A stretch of 63,209 nt of DNA, filler included, from Octopus bimaculoides (taxonomy: Eukaryota), in assembly GCF_001194135.2 (NCBI RefSeq). It is 6 parts of 6 records of this genome, joined end to end, with 100 filler letters (N's around TTAATTAATTAA, not from the genome) between each part and the next. Parts side by side here need not be neighbours in the genome. Positions count along the whole stretch, not along the records: positions 61,250 to 63,209 come from NC_068981.1; 5 more parts are not named here. One strand, written 5' to 3'. This document shows positions 62,192 to 63,209 of the stretch, in pieces. The notes under the pieces were generated by a model. It was not told where the DNA came from. It made no database searches and saw only the letters and a list, made by a program, of their open reading frames with translations. Position numbers and translations under genes: made by a program. How positions within the stretch are numbered: position 1 is the stretch's first letter; each line of letters starts with the position of its first letter.

Positions 62192-63209
62192 CTCTGTGTG
62201 TGTGTGAGTGTGTGTGTATCTGTGTCTGCCGAGACAGAGAACTCTCAGCTAACAAATGCTTCGTGTAGACGAGTTAAGATATACCCTGTGCATAACCACA
62301 TTTACACATACTGACACCACAAGGACACATAAATATGTATATGAACTAACGTTAATGCATAGCACATATTGATATGTATATAAAATAGCAAGAATGTAGA
62401 ACACTATTCATGTTTTAATTATAGGCTTATAAAATGTGTATGTTTGTGATCATTTTTAGGTTACATATATATGCTATTCTAGAGAAAGTTTCGAAAACAA
62501 CACGGTGAAACAGCGAAAAGTCACTGACAATTAGAGAAAAACTTGTGTTAGTAGAAGTGCAGATCTCTTGTAGTGTCGAAAATGTAATGACAATTTTATC
62601 TCATCTTTCATGTTTCTGAAAGGTTTCCAAGAAATATTTAAGCCATTGAATGAATGCCAAATTTCTTAGACTCTATACTGATGCGCATCGCATGATGCTG
62701 CGTTTGACGATATACTAAGTTTAAATAAGTGGTCTTTCAGTAGGTCATATAATACACAAAAGCTGACTAAACAACTCCTTTATTTCTAATAGGGTTGTCT
62801 TCTATACTGATAAGTCACAAGCTCTGTCATGGTATTGTTTCGTGATCTATGTTTTACGGGCTCAATTTTGCACGATGAGAAAATATTTCCTCTTGTATAT
62901 TATTTTACCAACAGATAGTAATCATTGAAGCTACGCGTCTTTTCTCTATTCGAGTTCTATGATAAACAGTCTGCAAATTGCGTTTTCAGCATCAGAGAAA
63001 CGTTTGATTATTTCATTCTTTCCCATGCCAGAAAAAAAAACAAAAAAAAAACATGTCCTGAAGAAACGAAGGATACCAATTTAGATCTTTGGGTAGCATT
63101 AATACGATAAATAAGTATAAGTCTAACACTTCTCAACTCTCTCTCTTTCGCTCTCTATCGCTCACAGTCAGTCTTTCCTCTCACACACACATATCATGCA
63201 TATATATAT

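Overview
AT-rich, microsatellite-dense eukaryotic DNA with many N gaps. The repeat families and the lone host exon suggest a cephalopod, probably Octopus (inference from recalled repeat families; not checked by search). Only one host coding exon is supportable: a 216-nt phase 0-0 exon of an SCY1-like (SCYL2-like) pseudokinase at 34148-34363 (+). The rest is a transposon graveyard: at least four Penelope-like elements (PLEs) plus orphan PLE tails, three Gypsy-type LTR elements, four R4/Dong-type LINE fragments, a CR1/L2-type RT fragment, mariner and maT (DD37D) remnants, hAT and Tc1 MITEs, a Helitron-like element and four tRNA-derived SINE families. Most interesting: (1) a PLE whose GIY-YIG ORF reads into an embedded tRNA-like Pol III promoter followed by a hammerhead ribozyme (2300-3150); (2) about ten hammerhead-like motifs in at least five architectures; (3) an 8.5-kb Mag-type LTR element (44393-52929) that split a SINE, has a GATAC target-site duplication and holds nested PLEs and a younger copy of the same SINE family. 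Five 100-bp N44-TTAATTAATTAA-N44 spacers are artificial scaffold joins, so adjacency across them is unproven. Nearly all ORF-track entries in microsatellites or gaps are artefacts. All alignments were done by eye, and coordinates of decayed elements are approximate.
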